Assembly (NCBI RefSeq): GCF_009914755.1
Contig: NC_060929.1
Strand: one strand, 5' to 3'
DNA: 64,000 nucleotides
DNA from: the human T2T-CHM13v2.0 reference genome, Homo sapiens
Shown piece after piece: positions 18,180-34,582 of this stretch; position 1 is the stretch's first letter; every line of letters begins with the position of its first letter. The notes beneath the pieces are model-generated. The model saw only the letters and a list, made by a program, of their open reading frames with translations. It was not told the origin of the DNA and ran no database searches. The translations under genes were made by a program, and so were the position numbers.

Positions 18180-19074
18180 TTATGTTAGCACAGCATCTTG
18201 CATACATAAAAATGATGTTAGATGTTACAGTGGTTCTTTCTGTTTTTTCATTTTTAATTGAGGACTGTGCTGCAAATGTGAACAAACCAGAACCTCAATA
18301 TTGGTCCTTGCAGATTAATACTCTGAAATGTACAATTCTGTCATTTGACAAAGTAGTGTAAGTGGACTCAGGGTGGATACAGAGTATAATAATGACATTA
18401 AAAGTAATTTAATTTGAACCTTCATGAGAAAGGCCTGTAGATTTTTTTCTTTAGGATAAATCCACAATTATTTTCTAAATATCCTTATTAGCTTGAAGCA
18501 GTGAACTGGGAATTTTACTTTCCCAAAACAGTCCAGAAGGAAAAATTTTCCTTTCTTTTCTTACCACCACTATGAAATTTCCAAAAAAAAAATTGAAAGG
18601 ACAAGTTACATTACAGTTTCCAATGCTCAATTGCCTTCTAGACTGTTCTAATTCAGAGCATAGAATCCACTGTGTGCACCTGTCCAGATCCCCACATTCA
18701 AGTCTGCTTCGATAGCCTGCTCATTGGAACACTTCCACATCACTGTCCCTCTGGGGCCTCATCTGCTTACACTGCTGGCTGTCTCAGCCCTCTCAGGTGT
18801 CAGCTGGGCTCCAGCACAGCCCTCACTTCCTAGTAACGAAGGGACCTGCAGCAGCCCAGGTGTCCAGACCTACATTGAAGGGACGCATGGGGGCTGTGGT
18901 TCTTCCCGTCATGTCCATAATCAGATGAAGTTCTGTAGAAAGCCTGAGACAGAACTTCCCGAGCAGCTAATGACACAACTCAGAAGTATGGGGTGTGATG
19001 CCTCATTGTTCAGCAGTGAGAGACAGAAGAAAGAGGTTGACAAATCCAGTTTCTCAAAAAAAAACATTTAATAG

Positions 19075-19749
19075 TGTAAACTAAAAATAAAATTCTACAC
19101 CCCCCCCAACAGAATGAATGGACCGTTTCTTGGCCAAGGTGGACCCCAGAGAAACCTTGAAAACTGAGTTCTTAGCCATGACAGGATAGGAGGTTGGACA
19201 CAACTCATTAGACCCCCTCCCTTACTAATGGTTAACCACCATTAGGCTTTCTTTCCTAGGGGCTAAAAAGAAACCAGCCCTCTCAAAGGACTCCACCACA
19301 GATATCAACCAACCACCTGAAAAAAGACCACTGACCCTGGAGTAGTCCTGACTAGTCTACGAAGAATGGGCAGTAAGGATTTTCATGTCCTCTGCTTCAT
19401 CTTTTGGCATCAGAGGGCTGAAAACTCTACCCTCGGATCAAGCCAATGCTGCTGTTTTTTTTGTATGTGGGACCCATGAGGGCCGAGACGCTCAATTGCA
19501 CATGAGCATAGTTCTCCTTTCACAAATATACATGACTCCTCCCATACCTTATGGAATGTGTACACTTGCCACTCTGCCCAACATAGATTCCTGTTCCAGT
19601 TTTCCCTCCCTGGAAGTGTGTGTTTCTGGTTTCTGGCTATAGGCTACAATTCCCAGCCTGTCAGAATGGCACCCCGAAGGCTGCAGCCCTTTATGAGAAA
19701 TAAAGCTCTCCTCTCCAAATTTACAAACCTTGTCATTCTTCAGTTGACA
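19075..19749 (+). mobile_element. ERV1-type solo LTR (MER39-like)
   Basis: TG...CA ends (tgtaaactaaaaataaaattcta ... cagttgaca); AATAAA at ~19699; family name from memory. Confidence 0.8.
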
Positions 19750-20719
19750 GTTTGCGAACCTTGTCATTCTTCAGTTGACTTAGGAATATTAGCCATATCT
19801 CTGGTGGTGGTGAGAAGATATGGTGGATCCCTGCACCATTCTGCCTCCGACCCAGGGTTTTTTTTTTTACCATAGGGAAAGGGTACACGTGCTTCAAAAG
19901 GAATTTGTAAGACAATTGAAGTAATTTGCTCAAGGACAGAATTTGTGGTAAATCAGTCAACACCTCTGAGTAGCATTCAAGATGGAGTTGCTTTACCTCC
20001 ACACAAACTTAGAGTAATGAGAAAAAAAAAAAAAAGCCAGCAGATAAATTCCTGTCCTGTCTTTCTATCTCACACTTTCCTAAGTAGCAGGGGTTACCTT
20101 ACGACCTGCTTGGGATATGTCCTTAGTGTTAGTGAGGAAGCAAAATGTGCTTTGTTCTAAAGATGTGGATTCCTGGATGAGGTACTACATTTTCTCCTTC
20201 CCTGAATCACTTCTTTTCCCCTCACTGTTGCTACCCTAGCATTACTTTTTCAAGAAAGTATTAGGACTTAAGCTTTGACCCAGGCTAAATGTTTTTAGGG
20301 AACTTTAAAACATTCACTTTAGGCATATGTAATCTTAAACATATAAGAAATCTAAAATATGAAAATAATTAAAAGTCCTTCAGTATAATTTTCCCTGAAT
20401 ATCCATAGTTTTCACTCCTTAACAACAACAATACCCCAAATTAAAAATATATATATAAGGCAAAAGTCTCCTTAATGCCAGTCAATTAATCTAGTTCAGA
20501 AGAAAGCTTTATTTTTCTCATAGCTCTGTACCATATAATATAAAATGCTAACAATTTAAAAAAAAGGAAAACCTTAATGAGGACTGGTGAAAAATAAAAT
20601 AATTAGTCAATATTTTAAAAGAAATACAGGAAACATTTTATTTAGTTTACTATGGAGAAAAGATCCTATAAACAATAATGATAAACGTTAACAGAAACAA
20701 ATCCATTGACTGTTTTTTA

Positions 20720-21605
20720 AAACAAATTTTATTGAGGTGTAGTATTCATATAAGAAAATGTACCCATTTTTAAAAATGTACCCACTTTACAGTTTAATGA
20801 GTCCTGACAAATACCTATATCCATGTAACCACCATCACAATCAAGATTTAGAATATTTGCATCACCCCAAATAGTTCCCTTGTGAGCTTTTGCAGTAACA
20901 TTTTCCTACCCTTACACCCAGGCAACTGCTGGCCTCATCAGCTTTCACTTCCTGTCACTATACAGTTTTGTCCATTCTAGAATTTCATATAAATACAATC
21001 ATCACACACACGTTATGTATGTATGACATGTTATGTACATGTGTACATGTTGTGTATATATCTGCTCTTTCTCTCAGCACATTTTTGAGACTCATCCATA
21101 TACATGTGTGTATGAGTTTGTCCTTCCTATTGCTAATATACTATTGTATTCATGTACCACATGTTGATGCACATTTGCATTACTTCTCATTTTTGGCTCT
21201 TACCAATGAAGCTGCTATGAACATTCATGTGCAAGCTTTTCTGTAGATACATGTTTTTACTTATTTTGGGCAAATATGTAGTAGTGGAATTGCTGTATCC
21301 TAAGTTAAGTGTACATGTACTGTTATAAGATACTGCCACATTATTTTCTAAAGTAGTTGTACCCACAAGCAATGTGCAAGAGTTCCAGTTGCTCCACATC
21401 TTTCCCAACATGACATTGTTAGTTTTTATAGCTGTATCTATTTATATGGGTAGTGTTATCTCCTGGTAGTCTTATTTTGTATTTTCTTTCTGAATAATGA
21501 TGTTGAGCATCTTTTCATATGCTATTGGCCATCTTGTATCTTTTTTGTGAAGTGTCTGTTCAAATCTTTTATCCTTTTTTTTTTATTGGTGTGTTTGTCT
21601 TTTTA
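20720..21605 (-). mobile_element. L1MB/MC-type 3' fragment
   Basis: ttttattgagg...gtaaccaccatcacaatcaag...gctgctatgaacattcatgtgcaag...gatgttgagcatcttttcat. Confidence 0.85.
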
Positions 21606-21799
21606 TTCACTTTTAAACAATAGAAAGCTGGCAGAATCTGCTGGGCGTCTTGTAGTCTGTAAATATGCCAGGAAATTTTAGTTAAATTTATGAAATAAAC
21701 TGTTGGCAATAATTTATTACCTCATTTTCTGCTGCTATCCTCCTTTTTCAGGAAACTTCATCTATTTTAGCTTTCTATTCACTCTTGGAACAGGCCCAG

Positions 21800-22172
21800 A
21801 CTTTCTCCCCACTTCACATTGCTCTTACAATTAGCTGTCCTTAGAATTCTTCCTCCCTATCCCCTGATTCCCTCTCATCTTTCTAGTCTCAGCTCCAATG
21901 TCATATCCTCAAAGGTACCTTCCCTGACCACCAAAACTAAAATAAAGCCTTTTATACAATTTCTTGTCACAGCACTCTATTCCATCACTTCTCACAATCT
22001 GCAGTAATATATTTTTATTTGCTTACTTGTGTATTGTTTTGTTCCCCCACCAACCTGTGCTGCATGAGGGCAGAGATTATACTCAGCTTGTTTTCCAAGG
22101 AATCTCCAGCACATTGCAAAGTGCAAGGTTCACAATGAGTGTTGAATAAATACTTGTCATTGAATGAATTAA
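21800..22172 (+). mobile_element. L2 3' end
   Basis: ttccctgaccacc...gcatgagggcagagat...aataaatacttg..tgaatgaat. Confidence 0.7.
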
Positions 22173-22699
22173 TATCTCAATTCTCTATGAGTTATTAAAT
22201 TGGAGGATGAATAGGTTTAGAACAATCATTCCCTATAGTTCTTTTGTAGTTTTTCATAACTATGAGTAATTCACAAATGCAGATAACCTTGTAATTCCTT
22301 CTTACTTTCTTATTCATCAGGAGATTCTTGTAGTAGAAGAGGCTTCATAAGCCTTCCTAGATAACTATATGCAAAAATGGACATTCCAAGGAGCCACACA
22401 GATTTGTCCTTGGCTTTTTTGGAACTCCATATCAATGTTGAAACTTTTTAGAAGTTTACAACTTTGGGAACTATCCTAGAAGGATTTTTGGAATAACAAG
22501 GTTAGCCTAGGTCTACTGGGCAATTACTGGGCTCATTGGGAGACTAGGCAGATTCCATAATGAAGAAAGCATGTCCAGGAGAAGACAATGAGGAGTGGTG
22601 GGCAGCCTGGTGAGCACCAACACAAGTGTTGTCATGCCGAAATGCAGGATCAATTTTTCCTAATCTTTGAATTTGTGAATGAATAAATGAATAAAGATC

Positions 22700-22870
22700 T
22701 TGGTTTGCACTTAATAATCATATAAATACTGGCAAGTTATTTAATCTGTATGTATCTTAGTTTCTTTTTCTTTAATGTGTCATTAGTAATATTTAATTTA
22801 TAAGCTGTTTTCTGGATAAAGAAAATGCTGGTAGAATGCCTGATATATATTAGAAGCTTTATTTTGTTGT
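22700..22870 (+). mobile_element. MIR fragment
   Basis: ggcaagttatttaatctgtatgtatcttagtttct. Confidence 0.5.
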
Positions 22871-23054
22871 TTGTTACATTTCAAAATACTTCAACTCATA
22901 TGTGTTAGAAAACAAGCATTTTCTAAACATGTACTGTATTCCATTCTCTATTCAAAGTACATACTTAACAAATACACACTGATAGCAATAAAAGTTTAAT
23001 GTGGTGGGAAAAAAATAAGGAGCAATTAGGATAACCTAGAGGTTGCAGCAACAA

Positions 23055-23151
23055 ATAAAAGAAAAATCGAAGAGAAAGAAAGAAGGAAACAAAGAAACAA
23101 AGGAAGAGAAGGCAGGAAGGAAGGAAGGGAGGGAGGGAGGGAAGGAAGGAA

Positions 23152-23211
<60 letters not shown>

Positions 23212-23245
23212 GAGAAAGAGACAAAGAAAGGAAGGAAGAAAGAAA

Positions 23246-23302
<57 letters not shown>

Positions 23303-23490
23303 AAAAGAAAGAAAGAGAGGAAGAGAGAAAGAGAGAAAGAAAGGAAGGAAGGAAGAAAGAAAGAAGAAAGAAAGAAAGAAAGAGAAAGAGAAAAAGAAAG
23401 AGAGAAAAAAGAAAAGGAAAGAAGAAAAGGAAAGAGAGGAAGGAAGGGAGGGAGGGAAGGAAGAAAGGAAGGAAGGAAAGAGGAAGAAAA
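23055..23490 (+). repeat. ~435 bp polypurine compound microsatellite with (GAAA)n, (GGAA)n and (GGGA)n blocks
   Basis: Direct reading; generates the spurious K/E/R and F/L/S ORFs. Confidence 0.97.
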
Positions 23491-24160
23491 TGAGACATAT
23501 AATAATTCAAAGAAAAAATTACTTTTATGACACAGTCAATAGGGCAGATATTCATACACACTTAAAAAATAATTATTTTAAGATATTAAATATTCTCCAA
23601 AGAATAAGAAGGTTATATAATTTGTGCTTGATGAAAACCAAAGACAATGTATCATTTATTTGTCAATATCATGGAATTAGATATCTACATATATTTTCCA
23701 GACATTCAAATGTTACACTGTGAAATTTAAAAAAAAAAATAACTTTGTCTAACTATAAAATTATAAATGTGATGCAGGTGGTATTATGTAGCAACTGGGT
23801 CTTAAAAATTAATCAAACAGTCTAAAGTTAAATAGCTACAAAATTTCTGTTCAATCTTAAGTCTTTCAGGATAGAGAAGAGAAGTTGACTAAATAAAATA
23901 ATTTTTAAAAACACATCCAAAAGCAATGGACATATGACTAAAATTGGCACCTCTAAGCAGATTAATTTCAAATCTTCCTCGCCATATGTTCCATCTTAAT
24001 GTGGAGCATACATACGTGTATAACCTGTTGCCAGCTCAAATTCAGTGAGAAGTCTGTCTTTCAGAGGTGATGTCTTTACTTCAGCAAAAGGAGTTTAATT
24101 TTCTCAATCAAAATCAGTTTTGTTTTCTCAGTTACTAAGGCTTAAAAATATACATTTGCC

Positions 24161-25193
24161 AGGGTGGAGCCAAGATGGCCGAATAGGAACAGCTCCAGTC
24201 TACAGCTCCCAGCATGAGCGATGCAGAAGATGGGTGATTTCTGCATTTCCAACTGAGGCACCAGGTTCATCTCACTTGGCAGTGTCGGAAAGTGGGTGCA
24301 GGACAGTGGGTGCAGTGCACCATGCATGGGCCAAAGAAGGGCGAGTCATCGCCTCACCCGGGAAGCACAAGGAGTCAGGGAATTCCCTTTCCTAGTCAAA
24401 GAAATGGGTGACAGATGGCACCTGGAAAATGAGGTCACTCCCACCCTAATACTGCACATTTCCAACGGCTTAACAAATGGCACACCAGGAGATTACATCC
24501 CACACCTGGCTTGGAGGGTCCTAAGCCCACGGAGCCTCGCTCATTGCTAGCACAGCAGTCTGAGATCAAACTGCAAGGCGGCAGTGAGGCTGAGAGGGGA
24601 GTGCCTGCCATTGCCCAGGCATGAGTAGCTAAACAAAGTGGCCTGGAAGCTCAAACTGGGTGGAGCCCAACACAGCTCAAGGAGGCCTGCCTGCCTCTGT
24701 AGGCTCCACCTCTTTAGGCGCCACCTCTGGGGGTAGGGCACAGACAAACAAAAGACAGCAATAACCTCTGCAGACTTAAATGTCCCTGTCTGACAGCTTT
24801 GAAGAGAGTAGTGGTGCTCCCAGCATGCAGCTTGAGATCTGAGAACGGGTAGACTGCCTCCTCAGGTGGGTCACTGACTCCCAAGTAGCCTAACTGGGAG
24901 GCATCCCCCAGTAGGGGCGGACTGACACCTCACACAACCGGGTACTCCTCTGAGACAAAACTTCCAGAGGAACAATCAGGCAGCAGCATTTGCAGTTCAC
25001 CAATATCTGCTGTTCTACAGCCACTGCTGCTGATACCCAGGGTCTGGAGAGGACCTCCAGTAAACTCCAACAGACCTGCAGCTGAGGGTCCTGTCTGTTA
25101 GAAGGAAAACTAACAAACAGAAAGGACATCCACACCAAAAACCCATCTGTACATCACCATCATCAAAGACCAAAGGTAGATAAAACCACAAAG
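24161..25193 (+). promoter_or_regulatory. L1 5'UTR with internal sense promoter (YY1 site) and antisense promoter region; many CpGs decayed
   Basis: CAAGATGGCC at 24171-24180; homology to the L1PA 5'UTR. Confidence 0.7.
24435..24611 (-). pseudogene. L1 ORF0 homolog, 58 codons with a frameshifted C-terminus
   Basis: Manual translation MAGTPLSASLPPCSLISDCCASNERGSVGLGPSKPGVG... resembles primate L1 ORF0. Confidence 0.7.
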
Positions 25194-26218
25194 ATGGGGG
25201 AACAAACAGAGCAGAAAAACTGGAAACTCTAAAAATCAGAGTGCCTCTCCTCCTCCAAAGGAACGCAGCTCCTCACCAGCAACGGAACAAAGCTGGACGG
25301 AGAATGACTTTGATGAGTTGAAAGAAGAAGGCTTCAGAAGATCAAACTACTCCGAGCTAAAGCAGGAAGTTTGAACCAATGGCAAAGAAGTTAAAAACTT
25401 TGAAAAAAAATTAGATGAATGGATAAATAGAATAACCAAGGCAGAGAAGTCCTTAAAGGACCTAATGTTGCTGAAAACCACAGCATGAAAACTATGTGAC
25501 AAATGCACAAACCTCAGTAACCAATGTGATCAATGGGAAGAAAGGGTATCAGTGATGGAAGATGAAGTGAATGAAATGAACCGTGAAGAGAAGTTTAGAG
25601 AAAAAAGAATAAAAAGAAACAAACAAAGCCTCCAAGAAATATGGGACTATGTGAAAAGACCAAATCTACGTCTAATTGGTGTACCTGAAAGTGACAGGGA
25701 GAATGGTACCAAGGTGGAAAACACTCTGCAGGATATTATCCAGGAAAACTGCCCCTCCCCACCAATCTAGCAAGGCAGGCCAACATTCAAATTCAGGAAA
25801 TGGAGAGAACGCCACAAAGATATTCCTCGAGAACAGCAACTCCAAGACACATAATTGTCAGATTCACCAAATTTGAAAGGAATGAAAAAATGTTAAGGGC
25901 ACCAGAGAGAAAGGTCGGGTTACCCACAAAGGTAAGCCCATCAGACTGACAGTGGATCTCTCAGCAGGAACTCTACAAGTCAGAAGAGACTGGGGACAAA
26001 TATTCAACATTCTTAAAGAACAGAATTTTCAACCCAGAATTTCATATCCAGCCAAACTAAGCTTCATAAGTGAAGGAGAAATAAAATACTTTACAGAGAA
26101 GTAAATGCTGAGAGATTTTGTCACCACCAGCCCTGCCCTAAAAGAGCTCCTGAAGGAAGCACTAAACATGGAAAGGAACAACTGGTACCAGTCACTGCAA
26201 AAACATGCCAAACTGTAA
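25194..26218 (+). pseudogene. Disrupted L1 ORF1
   Basis: ORF fragment EQ/KQSLQEIWDYVKRPNLRLIGVPE; frameshifts and stops. Confidence 0.9.
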
Positions 26219-26281
26219 AGACCATCGAGACTAGGAAGAAACTGCATTAACTAACGAGCAAAATAACCAGCTAACAAAATA

Positions 26282-30111
<3,830 letters not shown>

Positions 30112-30599
30112 ACAATGAGAACACATGGATACAGGAAGGGGAACATCACACACCGGGGACTGTTGTGGGGTGGGGGAATGGGGGAGGGATAGCATTAGGA
30201 GATATACCTAATGCTAAATGATGAGTTAATGGGTGCAGCACACCAACATGGCACATGTATACACATGTAACTAACCTGCATGTTGTGCACATATACCCTA
30301 AAACTTAAAGTATAATAATAATAATAATAAAAAGAAACTGAGGTATGTATGTCGAGAAAAAAAATATATGTATACATTTGTCTTTCAGTTTTTATTTGAT
30401 TCCAAATCTCATGTCCAACCAGTTACCAAGCTTAAAAAACTTCTTCATATGAGACGAGAAGATTGACAGTTATTTCTTATTTCCTTTCTTAAGCCTCAAA
30501 CCAGAAAGGAGAAGAGAAATCCTAAATGTGACAACCGCTGTTCAATCATTTGTTTATTATTGGAAGAAGGAGCCTCTGAATTTAAAAATAGCCTTGCCT

Positions 30600-30745
30600 A
30601 AAGTCAAGTTTTCAAAATCTATTCTTGTCACTGCTACTAACTAGCCCTTTGACTAAAGATAAGACACTTCCCCTTTCTGATCTTCATAATTGTAGGGGAA
30701 GTGGCATGCTAAAACACCTTTCACTTCTAAAATTCCATATGATTC
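30600..30745 (+). mobile_element. MIR3-like fragment
   Basis: ctactaactagc...ccttt cacttctaaaattccatatgattct. Confidence 0.45.
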
Positions 30746-31279
30746 TCTTCTATTTGTTTCTTTCTTTCCATTCCCCACTATAGCTCACCCAAATAGAGGC
30801 ATTTGTCACTTTGCTTATAGATATTTACATTAGTTCATAAATATCAACTCTTTGCCCTAATATCCACCTTTGGACTTCACTGAAAGATTTATCTTTCCTT
30901 AAAGCCACTTTCTTTGTTTTTTCCTTATCTAAAGTGGCTAACAATGTTAAAGGAAAGGTAAAGTTATACTGCAGATCTTTCCCATCACCATCCCCTGAAA
31001 TTTCTTGCGGTACACACCACCTACATAATCAAGCTTTCTACTCCAGTCAATCTGTATCACTCAATATAAAAGTATATGCGGAGCCTTCTCATTTTTGCCC
31101 TTTTGCCATCTTATGTACGTATTTCTTCTCTACCTGGAATGTCCTCTGCATTTATTGGTACCCACTCAAATTTTGCCTTGCTCATAGTTCACATTTCAAA
31201 AAAAAAAAAAAATTATGCTCATTACTTTAAGCCAAAGTGATCTGTCCTACTTCTTAGCTCCAATATCAAATGACAAGAC

Positions 31280-31830
31280 TTGAGTGCTAATAGGTTGAGG
31301 GGTAGGGAGGACTCTCAGGCCCTCAGGGACAGAGGCTTTCCATGTTGAGCACCTTGTGGTGAGGAGTCCCCATTGCCACTTTCCCTTAGGTACTCTGCTG
31401 AGACAGTTTTTAAAAACATAAACGGCTGTGCCGCACCTATAACTCACCTACACTGTGCATAACAACAACGACTTACTACAAGCCCGTGGATTTCTCTGGC
31501 TGAGAACTCTCTTTGGCTCCTGGGCAGACCAGGCCAAAAAGTTCTGGAGAACTAACACACCTAGAAGAAAACCTTAACAAATGAGAGATGAGCACTTGTG
31601 AATAAATACCTCAGTTTTCCTTGCTCCTGAGGAGTGTTCCACACAGTCTTCCACAGGTCTCCAGTGGGACAGAGCCCCAGATGCCCCCAGTGATCATCAA
31701 AAGACTGATGTACGTACCAGCCAGGCTTCTCCACTCCCCTGTCAGTACTTCCAGAGATCAACTCTTACATAAGCCACTTGCACTCAGATACTTGAGTACT
31801 TGAGTTGAAGTCTCCTTCTGAGGGAAATAG
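31280..31830 (+). mobile_element. ERVL LTR (LTR16-like)
   Basis: ataaatacctcagttttcc...ccagtgggacagagcccc...ccacttgcactcagatacttg...tctccttctgagggaa. Confidence 0.65.
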
Positions 31831-31857
31831 ATTGGTTTTTTATACATCTTTGTTTTT

Positions 31858-31953
31858 CAGAGATGAGGTCTCACTATGTTACCCAGGCTGGATTCAAACT
31901 TCTGGGCAATGCTCCCACCTCAGCCTCCTGAGTAGCTGGAACTACAGACATAC
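31858..31953 (-). mobile_element. FLAM / Alu monomer fragment
   Basis: agagatgaggtctcactatgttacccaggctgg...cctcagcctcctgagtagctgg. Confidence 0.8.
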
Positions 31954-31989
31954 ATTTGTTTGTTTTGGTTTTTTCCTTTTGCCTTGATT

Positions 31990-33010
31990 TATGTAATTTA
32001 ATCTTTTTAGAAAATTATAATTTCATTTGTGCTTTCCAATTGGTTGATACACATTTATGCATTATATTCTCTCATAATTTTTTAAAAGTCTAATGTAGAT
32101 TCAGTTTATGTCTTTATTTTCAACCCTAAAGCTGTTTTTTGGTCCTTTTTCTCTTGTGTAATTTAACGTGCTTAAAAGAATGTTTTTTACTTATTTTTGC
32201 AATGAATTATCTCTTAGTGTGATTGATCCTCATTTCTGATTTTTGATTGTGGTTGCTTCTGCTACTTTTGTTATTTTTTATTTTATTATCTTCTTTTTTT
32301 AAACTGGTATTTCTTCCCCTACTTTCTTTCAGTTCACATTTCTAGCTTTTTGAACACCGAATTTATTTATTCTCAATTTGTCTTATCTTTTAATGAATAA
32401 ATATGAAATTATACATACTTATCCAAATTTTGACTTAGGACCACTAGTTAGAACATAAAATGCTTCTATTATTTATTATTTTTAAATATTAAAAAATTTC
32501 CATTGTGATTTGATCAGCAACATGTATTATTTAGACATATTTTATTTTGAAAATTATGTTTTGTTAGATATCTTTGGTTGCTGATTCCTAATTCTATTTA
32601 TTTTGATTAAAGAGTTGTAGACTGCTAAATTTGTTTGAATTTCTTAAAACTTTGGAAAAAGTAATGATTTAATGATTAATTTTTATAAAGATGCAAAGTA
32701 TGTACTTAAAAATCACTCATTCTCTATTAGTTGGGGGAATAGTTCTCTAAAATGTTCATTGGCTTAAAAGTATTACTCAAGCTTGGATATTTTAATACCT
32801 GTTGGTTGTCTGCTTAATTTATCAACTTCTTAGTTATTGAGTCAAAATATCCCACTGGAATTGCAGATTTGGGACTTTCCTCCTGCAATTCTGTCAGTGT
32901 TGGCTTTACATATTATGAAGTTCTGGTTTGGTATATGCAAGATTTTGACTGTTTGTTCACTCTATCATTATGAAGTATTTCCCTTTGTCACTTTTAATGT
33001 ATTCCATCCC
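31990..33010 (-). mobile_element. Very old L1M ORF2 (EN-region) fragment
   Basis: T-rich; aaatatcccactggaattgcagattt...tatcattatgaagtatttccctttgtc. Confidence 0.6.
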
Positions 33011-34424
33011 TGACTTCACCAATGATTCCAAGTTCTGTATACAGGGTTTGGATTCTTGGCTCCTCTTTCTATGCAGGTGCTGAGGCCTTAGCCACCATGA
33101 ATTTGCTAGATAATAATCACTGCATGGGCCTAATAGCATCTGGCTCACTGCTATATGTTCCTTGTCTGTTTCTGGCAACCAGACATCTAGGACACTTTAC
33201 CTTCTTGTTTTAACCTTGGAAATATCTATCAGATAGATAGATCTATAATGTATACATAGAAGGAAGAGATGTATACATGTATGTACATATACAGAAAGAG
33301 AAAGAGAATGCACACAAGAAGGGGTATTTTCACATGTGTTCTTTTTGCCATCTTGACCTTGAAGTCTAATCTCTTCTTAGACAGAAATTTTGATTAATTG
33401 GCATTTTCATTCAATTTCCTGAGTTGCAAATATGCTTTTTTCATTTGAAAGTAATTTTCCCAAGCAATTTACTGAAGATTCTCATTGTTTTCCTGTAAAG
33501 TAGTCAAGAAGACCTCCATAAAAGATGCTAATGACTGCTTAGTCCTTTCACTGGAATGCATAGTTCCCCTGGAGCAATGCTACTGATGTATTTCCATAGG
33601 ATGCCTAGTTAAGTGCTTACTGCTTTTAGAAAAGGTACCTGAGCTGATGCTCAAGATTACATTAAGAGTGGAAAGGTATAATGCCCCTTAAAAACATTTT
33701 TTACAGCCAAGAAGGAAGAAAAATCACTTCACTCCCATATTATGCTTTATGTATTGCTATTATCATTGCTAATTACGGTATCGCAATAAAACATTTATTT
33801 ATGAACTCCCTTCAGTTTAGTTTCATCTGTTAGTAAAGTTTATTTTCCTCTTGCAGTAAAATTTCTTTCTTCACATTAAAATTTTATATAATTTGATTAG
33901 ATAAAGGATATGGATGGATAATCAAAATAAATAATGGCAGAGAGACTGGTCAAGTTAATGCCTTATTTGCTTTATTTTATTCCGTTTTGACATAAAAAAT
34001 CAAGCTCTTTTTTCTTTCTAAAATTAAGGAAAGCTTAAGAGGTCTAAATCTACTTTAGCCAGACACATCCACTTATATCTTTAACAATTTTGAATGTGTT
34101 TTGACAGATTTTTCTTCTTTCTTCACCAGGTAGATTGTAATTTACAGTTTCGTTTCACAGCAGTTAAATATTATAGTCATTTTCAAGGAGTGAAAAAATT
34201 ATCATAAACTAGCTACCTTTACACAGTCATACATGAATCATTTAGAAAATTTGAGGAATTTATCCAACTGCATTTCTCGTAAAACACGCCTAGAAAATTG
34301 ATTTAGCTAAGTAAAACAAAAGAAAAATAAATAAAGCATGCTATGAAATACCATTGTGACTAGGCAACTTGAGGAAAACTTATTAAATCAAATTTTGTTT
34401 AAATACAATGTCTTATTTATGCAT

Positions 34425-34582
34425 TTATTTATTTATAGACAGGGTCTCACTGTGTCCCCCACATGGGAGTATAGTGATGCAGTCATGGCTCACTGCAGCC
34501 TCATCCTCCTGGGCTCAAGCAATCCTCCCACCTTAGCCTCCAGAATAGCTGAGACTACAGGCAGGCACCATCACACCTGGTT
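34425..34582 (-). mobile_element. FRAM / AluJ right monomer
   Basis: agacagggtctcactg...gggctcaagcaatcctcccaccttagcc. Confidence 0.85.

Noticed and set aside
22965-23723. 198-aa and 226-aa ORFs (F/L/S-rich and K/E/R-rich)
   Set aside because: Translations of a stop-free purine microsatellite
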